DNA from: a virus
Strand: one strand, 5' to 3'
DNA length: 46,452 bases
IMG/VR virus record: IMGVR_UViG_3300049933_000058
Coordinates: 1-46,452 of that record
Made by a program: the position numbers and the translations under genes. Below, piece by piece: positions 35,116 to 44,871 of the stretch. Within the stretch, counting starts at the first letter, position 1; every line of letters starts with the position of its first letter. The notes under the pieces are model-generated. The model saw only the letters and a program-made list of their open reading frames with translations, was not told the origin of the DNA and made no database searches.

Positions 35116-35220
35116 CGGGTATCGAGTTAAACCTATATCGCTATAACTTAGCGTTAATGGTTGTAGTAAGCCATATTAACTCGTTCTGAGAGGGTTATCC
35201 TTGAGTGCTAGAGCTAGGTT

Positions 35221-35258
35221 TACACAGTGGGATAGTTACACACACACACACAAGATAT
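35221..35258 (-). promoter_or_regulatory. GATATC-(TG)n element, near-duplicate of 14014-14059
   Basis: TACACAGTGGGATAGTTACACACACACACACAAGATATC. Confidence 0.5.
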
Positions 35259-35283
35259 CAGCCGTGGTTGTCCCTGAAAGCCA

Positions 35284-35421
35284 TTAAGACCTAAACAGGA
35301 CACGTAATACCTTTAGGGTTGTGTCAATGTCCTCAACAGTTAACCCCTCGGCCTCAAGGTCTGAGGGGTATTGTTTTAGGGGTTCAATAAGGGTAATGAG
35401 CAATGTCCCCAACTTAGTCAT
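35284..35421 (-). CDS. Possible 45-aa ORF (below the track cutoff)
   Basis: My translation is MTKLGTLLITLIEPLKQYPSDLEAEGLTVEDIDTTLKVLRVLFRS. No RBS seen. Confidence 0.25.
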   Translation of the reverse strand: MTKLGTLLITLIEPLKQYPSDLEAEGLTVEDIDTTLKVLRVLFRS

Positions 35422-35449
35422 ATAACTATATAACCATAAAGTGATACAC

Positions 35450-35812
35450 TTAGAGACGGTGTTCTAGCATATCCATGAGCATGGTGTAGCCTAGCTCTAA
35501 CCGGACAAGACGCTCTGCGTTGAGCCAGAGCGTTGCTCTAGTGGCTATGGTATCTAGCCCATATAGGTTAACAGACAGCGTTATAGAGTCGTCTACAGCA
35601 TCTATATAGCCAAGGTGTAGGGAGGTTGACCCGGTTTGGATAACGTTTAGTCGGTTGATATACTCAAGGTAACCCTGTGGGTCAATATCATTGTTATAAC
35701 ACTCGTACCAAAGGAACTTAGCGGAGTTAACAGGGCGATGGGTGTAGACAGCAAAGGGTACTTGCCTGGGTTGTTGTAACAAAACTGCATGGGTCATGGT
35801 TAAAATGTACAT
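35450..35812 (-). CDS. Hypothetical protein
   Basis: 120-aa ORF. ATG 35797 is an alternative start. Confidence 0.55.
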   Translation of the reverse strand: MYILTMTHAVLLQQPRQVPFAVYTHRPVNSAKFLWYECYNNDIDPQGYLEYINRLNVIQTGSTSLHLGYIDAVDDSITLSVNLYGLDTIATRATLWLNAERLVRLELGYTMLMDMLEHRL

Positions 35813-35816
35813 TAAG

Positions 35817-35825
35817 TGCTATACT
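35817..35825 (+). promoter_or_regulatory. Extended -10 promoter TGcTATACT for the replication module
   Basis: 30 nt upstream of ATG 35855. Confidence 0.5.
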
Positions 35826-35854
35826 TGTATTATAGCATTAATGGAAGTAGTCTA

Positions 35855-36847
35855 ATGGAACGTAAAAGCGCTGTAGTGATAGATGTATCAACCACTACAT
35901 ATTGCTTAGTGTCTGTAATGAATGAGTTATGGAACAGGTTGGAAGAGCGCCAAGACGAGTTTGAAGGGTTTAAGGAGTGGGAGCGAGCTCGGCGGCAAGT
36001 GTGGGAGAACGTGCTCAGGGCAGAGTTAATGGAGTTACTAACCCTTGACTGGTTGCGGCCTTATGTTGAGCTTAACGACCCTGTGGTGTTCCTGGCCTAT
36101 GACTGGAAAGACGAGGTTAATGAGTATTGGCGTCACCAATGGTTACGTAACCTCACACCACTACTGCCTACAAGGGCATTGAAGCGTCGTAAGAGGGTGT
36201 TTAGTAGCCCTGATGACAAAGTGGGTAAACTAGTTTCAGAACTGCCACCGGAGGCCATAGCATATAAGGGTGGTAGAGACTACACCCAGAACGATATGAA
36301 CCGTTTAAAAAGAGCAGTTTTAGAGGTGTTGAGACCTTTAGGCGTGACCCACCTTAGGCAGCGTGGGTATGAAGCTGATGACTTCATGGCTACTGTTGTT
36401 AAGGTAAATGAAAGCCTACCGGATGAACAACAGCGCGATGTGGTGTTGTGTTGTAACGACTCAGATATACTGGGACTCGTCTCAGACAGGGTAACATGGT
36501 TTGACTTACCAAGGCAGCACAGACCCTTAGTGAGGGCTAACCGGGAGGATATAAACAAGTGGCGTACTGAGGTTAAGCATCAAACACCGTTGGAACGTCC
36601 TTCTGATATCTGGGTTGAGAAAGCCATCTACGGTGACACTGCTGATAACCTACCTCCAACAGGAGACTTAAAACTAACGTTACCTGCTATTGACTTGTTA
36701 AACCCACCTGAGGAGCATCGTTTATGGGAGTCATACGAGCATAAGAACACTATCAGCCAGGCTCTATTAGGCTCACAACGTTGTTATAACAATATCACAG
36801 GAAGGATGTTGATGAGTAAAGTTAACGTTATCAACGTCTTTAAATAA
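35855..36847 (+). CDS. 5'-3' exonuclease / flap endonuclease (FEN, PIN-like)
   Basis: VVIDVS, GYEADDFMATVV, CCNDSDILGLV and IYGDTADNLP are the typical acidic FEN motifs. ATG 35855 is preferred over GTG 35816. Confidence 0.75.
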   Translation: MERKSAVVIDVSTTTYCLVSVMNELWNRLEERQDEFEGFKEWERARRQVWENVLRAELMELLTLDWLRPYVELNDPVVFLAYDWKDEVNEYWRHQWLRNLTPLLPTRALKRRKRVFSSPDDKVGKLVSELPPEAIAYKGGRDYTQNDMNRLKRAVLEVLRPLGVTHLRQRGYEADDFMATVVKVNESLPDEQQRDVVLCCNDSDILGLVSDRVTWFDLPRQHRPLVRANREDINKWRTEVKHQTPLERPSDIWVEKAIYGDTADNLPPTGDLKLTLPAIDLLNPPEEHRLWESYEHKNTISQALLGSQRCYNNITGRMLMSKVNVINVFK

Positions 36848-36869
36848 GTGGTTAACTCTGGTTAAAGGG

Positions 36870-36878
36870 TGCTATAAT
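36870..36878 (+). promoter_or_regulatory. Extended -10 promoter TGcTATAAT
   Basis: Followed by the leader GAAAGGGTGAGAAGGAAACAAAC. Confidence 0.5.
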
Positions 36879-36921
36879 GAAAGGGTGAGAAGGAAACAAA
36901 CTAACCACAAAGGCCAAACTA

Positions 36922-37896
36922 ATGTTTAACAGCGATATTATCGAGACTAAGGTTCGTAACACTAAAGGGTTGTTCGCTAAACTTTCCAACTACCCAGGTG
37001 GCTATGAGGTACAGCACTCCTCACCCTTTGGCGTTAAGTTGATGGGTGAAGAGCATATCGAGCAGTTACGAATGTTGGCTGAGGCTTATAGTCTCAACTT
37101 TGATGAACTCGGTTTTACCTACACTATCAAGTGTTATGTGAAGGCTGGTAAAGACGTTATTAAGGTGTACCAACCTCGTCTTATTCTGAAGAAAAACACC
37201 TGTCAGTTGCAGTGGGGAAACGTAGCTAAGCCGTTGGCTGAGTTGGCTAAACTGGCTGTGGGTGAGGATGCAGACTTATTCATCACACCACAGGTGGTGA
37301 AGGGTGACAAGTACACCAAGTATTCTATCATTATAGGTACTACTTACGGAGACGTGCCATATCCTCTGTACCCTCGTGAGGGTTGTGAGCCTAACTCTGC
37401 TCAGTTAAGTAAGTCGGTTAAGTCTGGGGAAGGCTGGTCAGCCATTATGGAACGTCCGTATCCTACAGACCTGAAGACACTCGTAAGTCAGGCTAGTCAG
37501 ACGTTTGAGTTTGACTTGGTAGGATACAGCGTCTCTACCAAGACTGGACAGAAGAAGGATGGGGGGTCATTCACGGTTGATGAGCTTATTCTAGAGTCGG
37601 CTGAAGGCGACTTCTACTCAACAAAGAATAACAACTCCATTAACTCCAAAAACATTCGTTACTGGGGGGAGCAAGTTTCAGAAAACAACCCGGTTCATGT
37701 TGTTATCAGCTATTCAGGGCAAGGGGACTATCAGGGCAAGAGTTACACCCAATGGGATGCAGTGTTTACGCCGTTAAACCAAGCTGAAGATACGTCGTTG
37801 TCTGACTTGTTGGACTTGGGTGACCCGATGGCTGATGCTTATGGAGAGGTTGACGATAGTAATACTTTGGAGGATGAGCTGTCTGAGTTGGTTTAA
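36922..37896 (+). CDS. Possible ssDNA-binding protein
   Basis: Acidic C-terminal tail (DDSNTLEDELSELV), located between the exonuclease and helicase genes. Inference from context only. Confidence 0.35.
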   Translation: MFNSDIIETKVRNTKGLFAKLSNYPGGYEVQHSSPFGVKLMGEEHIEQLRMLAEAYSLNFDELGFTYTIKCYVKAGKDVIKVYQPRLILKKNTCQLQWGNVAKPLAELAKLAVGEDADLFITPQVVKGDKYTKYSIIIGTTYGDVPYPLYPREGCEPNSAQLSKSVKSGEGWSAIMERPYPTDLKTLVSQASQTFEFDLVGYSVSTKTGQKKDGGSFTVDELILESAEGDFYSTKNNNSINSKNIRYWGEQVSENNPVHVVISYSGQGDYQGKSYTQWDAVFTPLNQAEDTSLSDLLDLGDPMADAYGEVDDSNTLEDELSELV

Positions 37897-37922
37897 GTCA
37901 AAGTGAGATAAATAAAGAGGGT

Positions 37923-37941
37923 GGGTGAGAACTCACCCTTT
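37923..37941 (+). terminator. Hairpin plus short T-run
   Basis: GGGTGA-GAAC-TCACCC followed by TTT. Confidence 0.45.
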
Positions 37942-37942
37942 G

Positions 37943-37951
37943 TGCTATGAT
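37943..37951 (+). promoter_or_regulatory. Extended -10 promoter TGcTATGAT
   Basis: 28 nt upstream of ATG 37979. Confidence 0.45.
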
Positions 37952-37978
37952 GGATGTAATATTTAGGAGACTGGACTA

Positions 37979-39856
37979 ATGGGAACACTAGGGTATAAGA
38001 GAGTAACTGGAGGTGGCGACCTTGGGAAACAGTTGGAAGGGACTAAACCTAATAGTGTCCGTGCTGACAACGATGAGCAGAGAGAGCGTGCGCCCTATGT
38101 GAGTATGAGGGAGTTGTTACAACAACTCCAAAGGCAGTTGATAGCTAAGGGTTGGAAACTGCAACCCACGTTAGGAGGTGACTTTGCTGGGTTTAATGTC
38201 TATGTTAGTCAGTCTCCAAACAGCGCTCTTATGTTGAATGCACCGGGTTTTAAACATTGGGTGAGAGTTAAGCCTGACGATGCCCGTATTGAGGGCTTTC
38301 TAGAGCGTGTGCTGGCTATAGCTAACTCAGCCCGTATGGAGTCAGATGATAAGACGCTAGCAGCGCAATGGACAGCTATTGCTAAGAGCTTCATAGACCG
38401 TCCTAAGGATGGGCGTAGCGAAGTAGCTATGGCGGCTATGGGTTTGAGTGACGGGCAACTACAGCGCTCATTAAAAGGTGCCAAGGACTGTTATAAGTTT
38501 GTACCCCCTGTCGAGTGGTTCCCTGAGAACGTACAGCAAATAGATGTGCCTAAACTATTTGAGACGTTAATGCCAGAGGCGGAGGCGGAAGCCTTGATGC
38601 TGATGTTGGGTAAGACCCTTCTAGGTAACCCTGGAAACCCTACGAGTGAAGGTGTGGTACCTGATACTAAGTTTGCTGCTTTAAGTGTCCTTATAGGGTT
38701 TGAGGGTGGCGAGGGTAAGAGTTCGCTGATGTCGGGTTACCTAGGTACAGCGATGGAGTTACTAGGGTACGATGTGGCTACTATTGACCCTGAGAGCAAC
38801 CGTTTCAGTAACTTATGGGTTGTGTCAGACTATGCGTATTGCGACGAGCTAGATGATGCAGCTCATCAGCGACTACTGACTCAGTGGGCATTGCTCAAGT
38901 CTGTGGTGTCAGGTCAGAAACGGGTGTTAGTGGAAGCGAAGGGTGTTCAGTCATGGGAGGTTAACCCTACAGCACAGCCTTTCTTTAGTTCTAACAACTA
39001 TAGCGACACCTGGTTACAAAAGAGTAACGGGGGTATGAGGCGGCGTTATTTCCCCCTACAGTGTTATGGGGCAGAGGAGTCATCGGTAATATTTGGAGAT
39101 AACTGGAAGAGGGGTCGTATTGCCGAGTTATGGCAACGTGAGGCGGCTAAGCTAGGTGTAACGGTTCAATGCTTATCTGCAAGGGTGTTACGCTACTGCT
39201 TAGACCTCTACCTAGACGTTTGTGGCATTGTTATCACAGACAGTCAGATAATGTTTAACTGGGAGACATCCAGGTTGGAGAACCGGATGCAGGAGTTGAG
39301 AGCTAAGTTCCGTATTAACGTAGATATGGAACATGGTAAGAGGTTGGTTGATGCGATAGAAGCCGTGTCTATGGCAGCTATAAAGACCATAGAAAGCCGT
39401 TATCAACCTATGGTGATGGAGAGGCTACACAAACTAACACTAATGCCTAAAGCCTTACACACTGTCATTGACATATGGCGTATGGAGGAAGCCTTGCCTG
39501 AGAGTTTAAAAGCAATGTATCTAGAGGACATCAGCCCTAACGTAAGGCAAACTTGGGATAGTCAAACAGATAGGTTACACCAGGATATTCTCTCTTCCGT
39601 CAACCCGTCCAAGGTATGGGAAAGACTTATCGAGTGTCTGACTGTAAAAGGTAAGGAATGGCACTTTCAGAAGAGCATAGCTTCCTACTCAGTTCGTTGG
39701 AACACTAAGTTAATGACCCTAAGACACAAGTTAGAAGCGTTGCCACAGTGTGATGTAGACACACTGCCAGAAACCACTTATGGTTATCTAAAGGAGTTAG
39801 GCCAACAGATACTAGTAGTGTTAAATATTGTTAACCCTCCTAGAAGAGGTCGTTAA
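37979..39856 (+). CDS. SF3 (D5/P4-type) helicase, possibly a primase-helicase
   Basis: Walker A GFEGGEGKSS, Walker B YAYCDELDD and motif C FFSSNN. The N-terminal ~230 aa are unassigned. Confidence 0.7.
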   Translation: MGTLGYKRVTGGGDLGKQLEGTKPNSVRADNDEQRERAPYVSMRELLQQLQRQLIAKGWKLQPTLGGDFAGFNVYVSQSPNSALMLNAPGFKHWVRVKPDDARIEGFLERVLAIANSARMESDDKTLAAQWTAIAKSFIDRPKDGRSEVAMAAMGLSDGQLQRSLKGAKDCYKFVPPVEWFPENVQQIDVPKLFETLMPEAEAEALMLMLGKTLLGNPGNPTSEGVVPDTKFAALSVLIGFEGGEGKSSLMSGYLGTAMELLGYDVATIDPESNRFSNLWVVSDYAYCDELDDAAHQRLLTQWALLKSVVSGQKRVLVEAKGVQSWEVNPTAQPFFSSNNYSDTWLQKSNGGMRRRYFPLQCYGAEESSVIFGDNWKRGRIAELWQREAAKLGVTVQCLSARVLRYCLDLYLDVCGIVITDSQIMFNWETSRLENRMQELRAKFRINVDMEHGKRLVDAIEAVSMAAIKTIESRYQPMVMERLHKLTLMPKALHTVIDIWRMEEALPESLKAMYLEDISPNVRQTWDSQTDRLHQDILSSVNPSKVWERLIECLTVKGKEWHFQKSIASYSVRWNTKLMTLRHKLEALPQCDVDTLPETTYGYLKELGQQILVVLNIVNPPRRGR

Positions 39857-39857
39857 G

Positions 39858-39866
39858 TGTTATAAT
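39858..39866 (+). promoter_or_regulatory. Extended -10 promoter TGtTATAAT
   Basis: Followed by the leader GAAGGGAAACAAG-ATG. Confidence 0.45.
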
Positions 39867-39891
39867 AGTCGTAATGTAGAAGGGAAACAAG

Positions 39892-40446
39892 ATGAAGTCA
39901 CATTACGACCAAGAGGGTTTTAGGGCTGAGGAGATGATAACTAGGTGGTTGGCTATGACTGGCTACCTAGTAAAAACCTCAACATGGCAGGAGGATGTCA
40001 AGGAGGACATTGACATCTGGGTGAAGGGAAGACAGTTTACTCATTGGACATCAGTCAGCATCAAGAGCCAAGCCGTAGGCATTGTCTATGGCACTCTGGG
40101 GTTTGAGTTGGGTGGCACTCGTGGGATGGGATGGTTCAATACGGGCAAAGCTGAGCAATATCTTATCATTCGAGACCCACAGTTTATACCCAAATGGCGG
40201 TTAGATATCCTAGGCCAAGTGCCTATGACGTATCAGCCAAAGTTTATCTGGTTGCCTAAGCAAAGGGTTCAATACCATCTAGAGAGTGTGGGTTGGGCTT
40301 ATAAGAGAGGGTTGAGCCCCGCTGTTCTAGCGAGACAAAATGGCAGGGACGCTGTGAGTGGCTACCTCTATTGTAAAGATATATTAAAGAGGTCAGACAT
40401 AGAGGTGTTACCGAGAGGTTGGTGTGCTATGGTAGAGGGAGAGTAA
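39892..40446 (+). CDS. PD-(D/E)XK nuclease-fold protein (putative)
   Basis: GFRAEEMITRWLAMTGYLV ... EDIDIWV ... VSIKSQ. Confidence 0.45.
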   Translation: MKSHYDQEGFRAEEMITRWLAMTGYLVKTSTWQEDVKEDIDIWVKGRQFTHWTSVSIKSQAVGIVYGTLGFELGGTRGMGWFNTGKAEQYLIIRDPQFIPKWRLDILGQVPMTYQPKFIWLPKQRVQYHLESVGWAYKRGLSPAVLARQNGRDAVSGYLYCKDILKRSDIEVLPRGWCAMVEGE

Positions 40447-40457
40447 GAAAGTAAACA

Positions 40458-43151
40458 ATGTACATCAAACCCCTGTCAGAAGCTTTACACCAACGTCTTT
40501 TAGGGCGTCCACCCCAGCCTGTGGCACCTCAAGACGTTAGACGGATAGCTCAGTACATCGCCCGTTTCTTTCCCGACGGTGTAGAGGATAACTCTAAAGT
40601 GGTAGAGTTACCACTACCGAAGTGGGCACCCAGTCAACAACAGTTAGACAAGGATATAGAGGCATTGGCAATGCCTTGTATTAGTCAGGTGTTAGCCTGG
40701 ATGGATGTTGACAGACTGGTAACTCCTCATAACTGGCAATGTCCTGTAGGTTGGTCTCAATGGGCAGGTGAACAATGGGTTAGTATTGAACAGCCCCCTC
40801 CCGGCTGTTATATGCTTGACATTGAGACTGTACCCGTAGAGTGGAGACATTTTAGTGCAGGCGGTGACCCTGAGCCGACATTGTGGGCACCTGTTTGTAG
40901 CATAGCTGTAAGCCTAACTGATGTTTATGTTTGGAGAGCAGACCACCGTGGCGGGTTAGAGGACTTAGACCTGCTTTACCCAGGCGTGGACGGGGTAAGC
41001 ATAGGTCATAACATCGGTTATGACCAGAGTTACTCACTGCGGGAGCATGTCTCCCACTTTGACGACTGGTCACAGCGCCCGATGGCTGTAGACACAATGG
41101 GTCTCTGGATGGTCACTAGAGGTCATTGCAACCAGCAGAGGGCGTTAGTTAACTTAGAGGACGGATGGCAACCAGCGTGGACAGACGAAACCACAGGGGC
41201 AAGCCTAGTTAATGTCTATGAGTTCTATTTCAATGAACCTCTGGATAAAGGGGTGCGTGATAACATTGTCAAACAGGGTTGGGAGTTCGTTAGGAACAAC
41301 TACCCCACAGTACTGGAGTATTGTTATAACGATATTGTAGCGTGCGCTCAGGTGTTTCAAGCGTTGATGAGGGAGTGGATAGAGGCCAACACATACCAGG
41401 GTCAAACCCAATGGCTCACACTGTGGTCGATGATGCTCCTTAGTCAGTCTTGGTGCCCATTAGACGAAGACCTGGCACCGGACTACTTCAATAACGCTGA
41501 GGAGCATTACCAAAGCATTAAAGCAACATTATCACAAGACCTATTAAAGTCTGCTGACGATGTTATAACACACTTTGAACAGTTGTTGTCGTACCATTGG
41601 GATAGTGAACCGGATGCTATCAACTATGCTCTAACAGTAACCCAGTCTGGGAAGAAGTACTGTTACGTCCTATGGGAGGGCGAGGAAGACCCCACAGAGA
41701 GAGAGTTACAGCTTATTCACTCCTTAGACTGGACGCCTGCCTTAACCGGTAAAAATAAAGGTGTTGCTGCATGGTATCGCGGGCTTCTTAAGAACTGCTC
41801 CATAGGGTCTAAACTGGCACCTATTATCATGGGTTTCACCTGGAAAGGTTCACTCTTATACTACAACGACTCTGTAGGATACCATACTTGTGATAACAAG
41901 GGTAATGTGACAAAGGTATCTAACCCTGACAAGCGTGGTAAGCCAGTGCACTCGATGTTGATGAAAGGTTTTAAGGATGACGCCCGGTTATCGGCTATAA
42001 CACCAATATCAGAGGGTATCCTTAAAAAGGTTCATTCTACGTTAAACTGGGTTAGCCTAAGGAAGCGTGTTGCAGGGTTGCACGCCTACGACCTAGAGGG
42101 CTACCCCGTATTTAAAGACCAGTTAAGACCTTGGGGTACGGTCACCCGGCGTTCCACTAGTAGTATCACCCAAGTTCTACCTAAGATGGACAAGTATGGG
42201 TGTGTGGGCGCTAACGTTAGGGCATTGTTTAAGCCACCTAGGGGGATGAGGTTCATCACGGCTGACTTTGACTCACAAGAGCTACTGTTGGCAGCAGAGT
42301 TAGGAGACGCTATCCTAGAAGCCTACAAAAGAGTGGGTTACCGAGGTTCAACACCTTTCAGTATCAGTTGCCATATTGGGGAGAAAGAGAATAAGACAAC
42401 CCCCCACTGGCTGTTATCACTGAGCGCTCAAATAGACTACACTCTAGCCAAAAACATTGGCTACGCTGTTATCTACGGTCAGTCTGTAAACGGTTCGGTT
42501 GACTACTTCCTGATGGCTAACAAGGATATGAGTCAGTCGGAAGCCTTAGAAAGAGCTACTACCACACACAACAAACAGAAGGGTGTCAGAGACCGTGCTA
42601 GCGGGTTATATTACAACGGCGCTGCCAGTCCCACTTATAACAACTTAAACCGCCTTGTGGCCTCTCCCGACCCCCGGTCACTACTCTCTCATCAACAGAT
42701 GAGCAAGGCTTTATCACAAGCTAAGGGGGACTTTGTGACAACAAAGCAGAACTGGTTTATCCAGGAAGCCGGGTCTTCGATGCGTGACCGTCTCGTGGTG
42801 TACTCGTGGTACTTTATGCAACGTTATAACATCAGTGGTAGGTTGGTTATGACGGTTCACGACGAAGCATTGCACTGTGTGGTAGAGCATCAGGCTGAGT
42901 TGATGGCATACATATTGCAACTGTCACATCTGTATATAACAGCCTGGAAAACAGACCGGCTAAACCTAGATATCCTACCCGCAGGACAGTCCTACTTTTC
43001 ATCCGTAGAGGTTGATACCAGGTGGCGTAAGTCGGTAACTGCTAACCCTCCCAGCACCCCTGATATGCCCGATACGGTGTGGGAGCCTGGTTATAGCCTG
43101 AACCCATCAAGGCTTACAGCCTTGATAGAGTCTGGAGCTTTGGTCATCTAA
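40458..43151 (+). CDS. Family A DNA polymerase with 3'-5' exonuclease domain
   Basis: Exo motifs YMLDIET, GHNIGYDQSY and YCYNDIVA. Pol motif A ITADFDSQELLLAAEL, motif B LAKNIGYAVIYGQS and motif C MTVHDEALH. Confidence 0.9.
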   Translation: MYIKPLSEALHQRLLGRPPQPVAPQDVRRIAQYIARFFPDGVEDNSKVVELPLPKWAPSQQQLDKDIEALAMPCISQVLAWMDVDRLVTPHNWQCPVGWSQWAGEQWVSIEQPPPGCYMLDIETVPVEWRHFSAGGDPEPTLWAPVCSIAVSLTDVYVWRADHRGGLEDLDLLYPGVDGVSIGHNIGYDQSYSLREHVSHFDDWSQRPMAVDTMGLWMVTRGHCNQQRALVNLEDGWQPAWTDETTGASLVNVYEFYFNEPLDKGVRDNIVKQGWEFVRNNYPTVLEYCYNDIVACAQVFQALMREWIEANTYQGQTQWLTLWSMMLLSQSWCPLDEDLAPDYFNNAEEHYQSIKATLSQDLLKSADDVITHFEQLLSYHWDSEPDAINYALTVTQSGKKYCYVLWEGEEDPTERELQLIHSLDWTPALTGKNKGVAAWYRGLLKNCSIGSKLAPIIMGFTWKGSLLYYNDSVGYHTCDNKGNVTKVSNPDKRGKPVHSMLMKGFKDDARLSAITPISEGILKKVHSTLNWVSLRKRVAGLHAYDLEGYPVFKDQLRPWGTVTRRSTSSITQVLPKMDKYGCVGANVRALFKPPRGMRFITADFDSQELLLAAELGDAILEAYKRVGYRGSTPFSISCHIGEKENKTTPHWLLSLSAQIDYTLAKNIGYAVIYGQSVNGSVDYFLMANKDMSQSEALERATTTHNKQKGVRDRASGLYYNGAASPTYNNLNRLVASPDPRSLLSHQQMSKALSQAKGDFVTTKQNWFIQEAGSSMRDRLVVYSWYFMQRYNISGRLVMTVHDEALHCVVEHQAELMAYILQLSHLYITAWKTDRLNLDILPAGQSYFSSVEVDTRWRKSVTANPPSTPDMPDTVWEPGYSLNPSRLTALIESGALVI

Positions 43152-43243
43152 TATAAAGACTCTGTAAAGCTTTGTAAACCCCCTTGCCAACAGGTGAGGG
43201 GTTTAGCTATAGTAGGTGTAATGAAAGAAAAGGAAACAAACCG

Positions 43244-43936
43244 ATGCCCCGCTACACGATAAAGTCAGCCACCGCTAAGTTTTCAGCATATGGCACAGTC
43301 AACATTTATAAGAATACAACGGTCACTGCCACCAACACCAATAATATGCTTATTGGATGGTACTACCTCAGATATTCTGATGAGTTTGGCTCTGTTAACC
43401 TTTGTTCACAAACCCTCGTCGGGGTAGTTGAGCATGACACAGCAGAGTTTGAGGCGTTGTCAGAGGGTTACGGCTTCTGTAACCTCATTCAGCGTCTTGA
43501 GTCCGGTGTTACCCTCCCTTATTTATCACAGGGGTACAGCTTCCAATACGCCGAGAACGGAGCTGTCACTGTATTTTGCCCAGATGGGTCTACCTTCACC
43601 CTACCTTACCTACTCGTAGCCTTAGAAGCCATAGACCTAGGCTTCTACAACTTGGGTCAGTCATGCCCTGTCGAGTACCATTACAGCCCGGTTGACGAGT
43701 TTGGCTACCAAGAGGTTGTCTGTATCCCCCAGACTGGTCTATCAGAAGCTTTAGAACGTGACGACCAACTCTTGTTATCACAAGGCTACAACCCTGAGAT
43801 ACACTGGTTAGCTGGTGATAAAGTGCTAACACTAGACGGTGACCGCTTTGTGGGTAACATCGGTGAACCATATTACCAACCCGCCTACCTGTCCGAGTCT
43901 GAGTTCTATAAAGACGCCCATCTGATGGAGTTCTAA
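43244..43936 (+). CDS. Hypothetical protein
   Basis: The internal ATG at 43244 follows AAAAGGAAACAAACCG. Confidence 0.55.
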   Translation: MPRYTIKSATAKFSAYGTVNIYKNTTVTATNTNNMLIGWYYLRYSDEFGSVNLCSQTLVGVVEHDTAEFEALSEGYGFCNLIQRLESGVTLPYLSQGYSFQYAENGAVTVFCPDGSTFTLPYLLVALEAIDLGFYNLGQSCPVEYHYSPVDEFGYQEVVCIPQTGLSEALERDDQLLLSQGYNPEIHWLAGDKVLTLDGDRFVGNIGEPYYQPAYLSESEFYKDAHLMEF

Positions 43937-44003
43937 CCTCACGGGGTGGCCTTCCACCCCTCTACAATGCCCCGTAACCAACCTTAGACCGGAGTTAAGA
44001 CAA

Positions 44004-44381
44004 ATGATAGTCTCAGCCATTAACAACAGCTACAGCGCCTTACAGACAGCTTCTAGATGGTATTGGTCAGCACAGACTCAGCAGACTCTTTCCAACACTG
44101 TTCAAACCATTGCCGAGGTCTTCACCACACTCCTACTAGTGTTATCACAAGTCTACACAGACTATGTAACCCTTCTAGACATCTGGTTAACCCCCGGTTG
44201 CGACACTGAGACCTTTGTTATAACAAAGTTGATAGAACCACAACAACTAGACTGGCGAGACGTTGGTGGGATGTTACAAGCCGACTGTAGCTTTGTGATA
44301 ACATGGTTAGGGTTTACTTTAGGCGACCTGAGCCACGGTGTGACAGAGCTGTACTATCGAGTAAAGACGGTGTTAACATGA
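44004..44381 (+). CDS. Hypothetical protein
   Basis: 125-aa ORF containing three motif copies. Confidence 0.5.
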   Translation: MIVSAINNSYSALQTASRWYWSAQTQQTLSNTVQTIAEVFTTLLLVLSQVYTDYVTLLDIWLTPGCDTETFVITKLIEPQQLDWRDVGGMLQADCSFVITWLGFTLGDLSHGVTELYYRVKTVLT

Positions 44382-44623
44382 GTGAGCCAGATGCTACAGG
44401 GTGTTATCATGAGCCTATACACAAAGAAGTAGGCAAGTCTAAGTTAGTCAAAGTCAAGAGGGTTAGAAAAGCAATGAACTTCCAAACTGATGCTGAAACA
44501 CTGATGGCACTTGGGTTTAGAGTTGAAAGAGAAGACAGTTATGTTTATGTAGACAACAAAGGCTATATCATGACTAAAGGCTATACGCTAGGGCATCTAT
44601 ATTATCTACCGGACTGGGTGTAA
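44378..44623 (+). CDS. Hypothetical protein
   Basis: ATG 44378 overlaps the previous stop (ATGA). The ORF track starts earlier, at 44303. Confidence 0.5.
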   Translation: MSEPDATGCYHEPIHKEVGKSKLVKVKRVRKAMNFQTDAETLMALGFRVEREDSYVYVDNKGYIMTKGYTLGHLYYLPDWV

Positions 44624-44702
44624 CATGGTTTATTGGATGCTTGTTATAACACTTTGGTACTGCACACTGAGCATTGTGATAACACTGATAGGAGTTTAAC
44701 TT

Positions 44703-44858
44703 ATGTCTTACACTGATGGTTGGTATAAGTCACATGAGCTTTACCAGAACAATAAGATAATAGGTGCTGCTTTTTATGCTAAGTTGTTACTATGGGGCGG
44801 TGAGTACAGCGAATATGACCAAGGTTTTAAAGACGGTTGGGAACACCTAACGATATGA
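44703..44858 (+). CDS. Small hypothetical protein (51 aa, below the track cutoff)
   Basis: AGGAG lies 8 nt upstream. My translation is MSYTDGWYKSHELYQNNKIIGAAFYAKLLLWGGEYSEYDQGFKDGWEHLTI. Confidence 0.45.
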   Translation: MSYTDGWYKSHELYQNNKIIGAAFYAKLLLWGGEYSEYDQGFKDGWEHLTI

Positions 44859-44871
44859 TGTCAGTCTTTTA

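Noticed and set aside
4611-42973. The high frequency of GATATC (EcoRV site) as a signal in its own right.
   Set aside because: Once RATY is forbidden, GAT must be followed by a purine and ATC preceded by a pyrimidine, so GATATC is a favoured by-product. Only the copies joined to (CA)n/(TG)n tracts look special.
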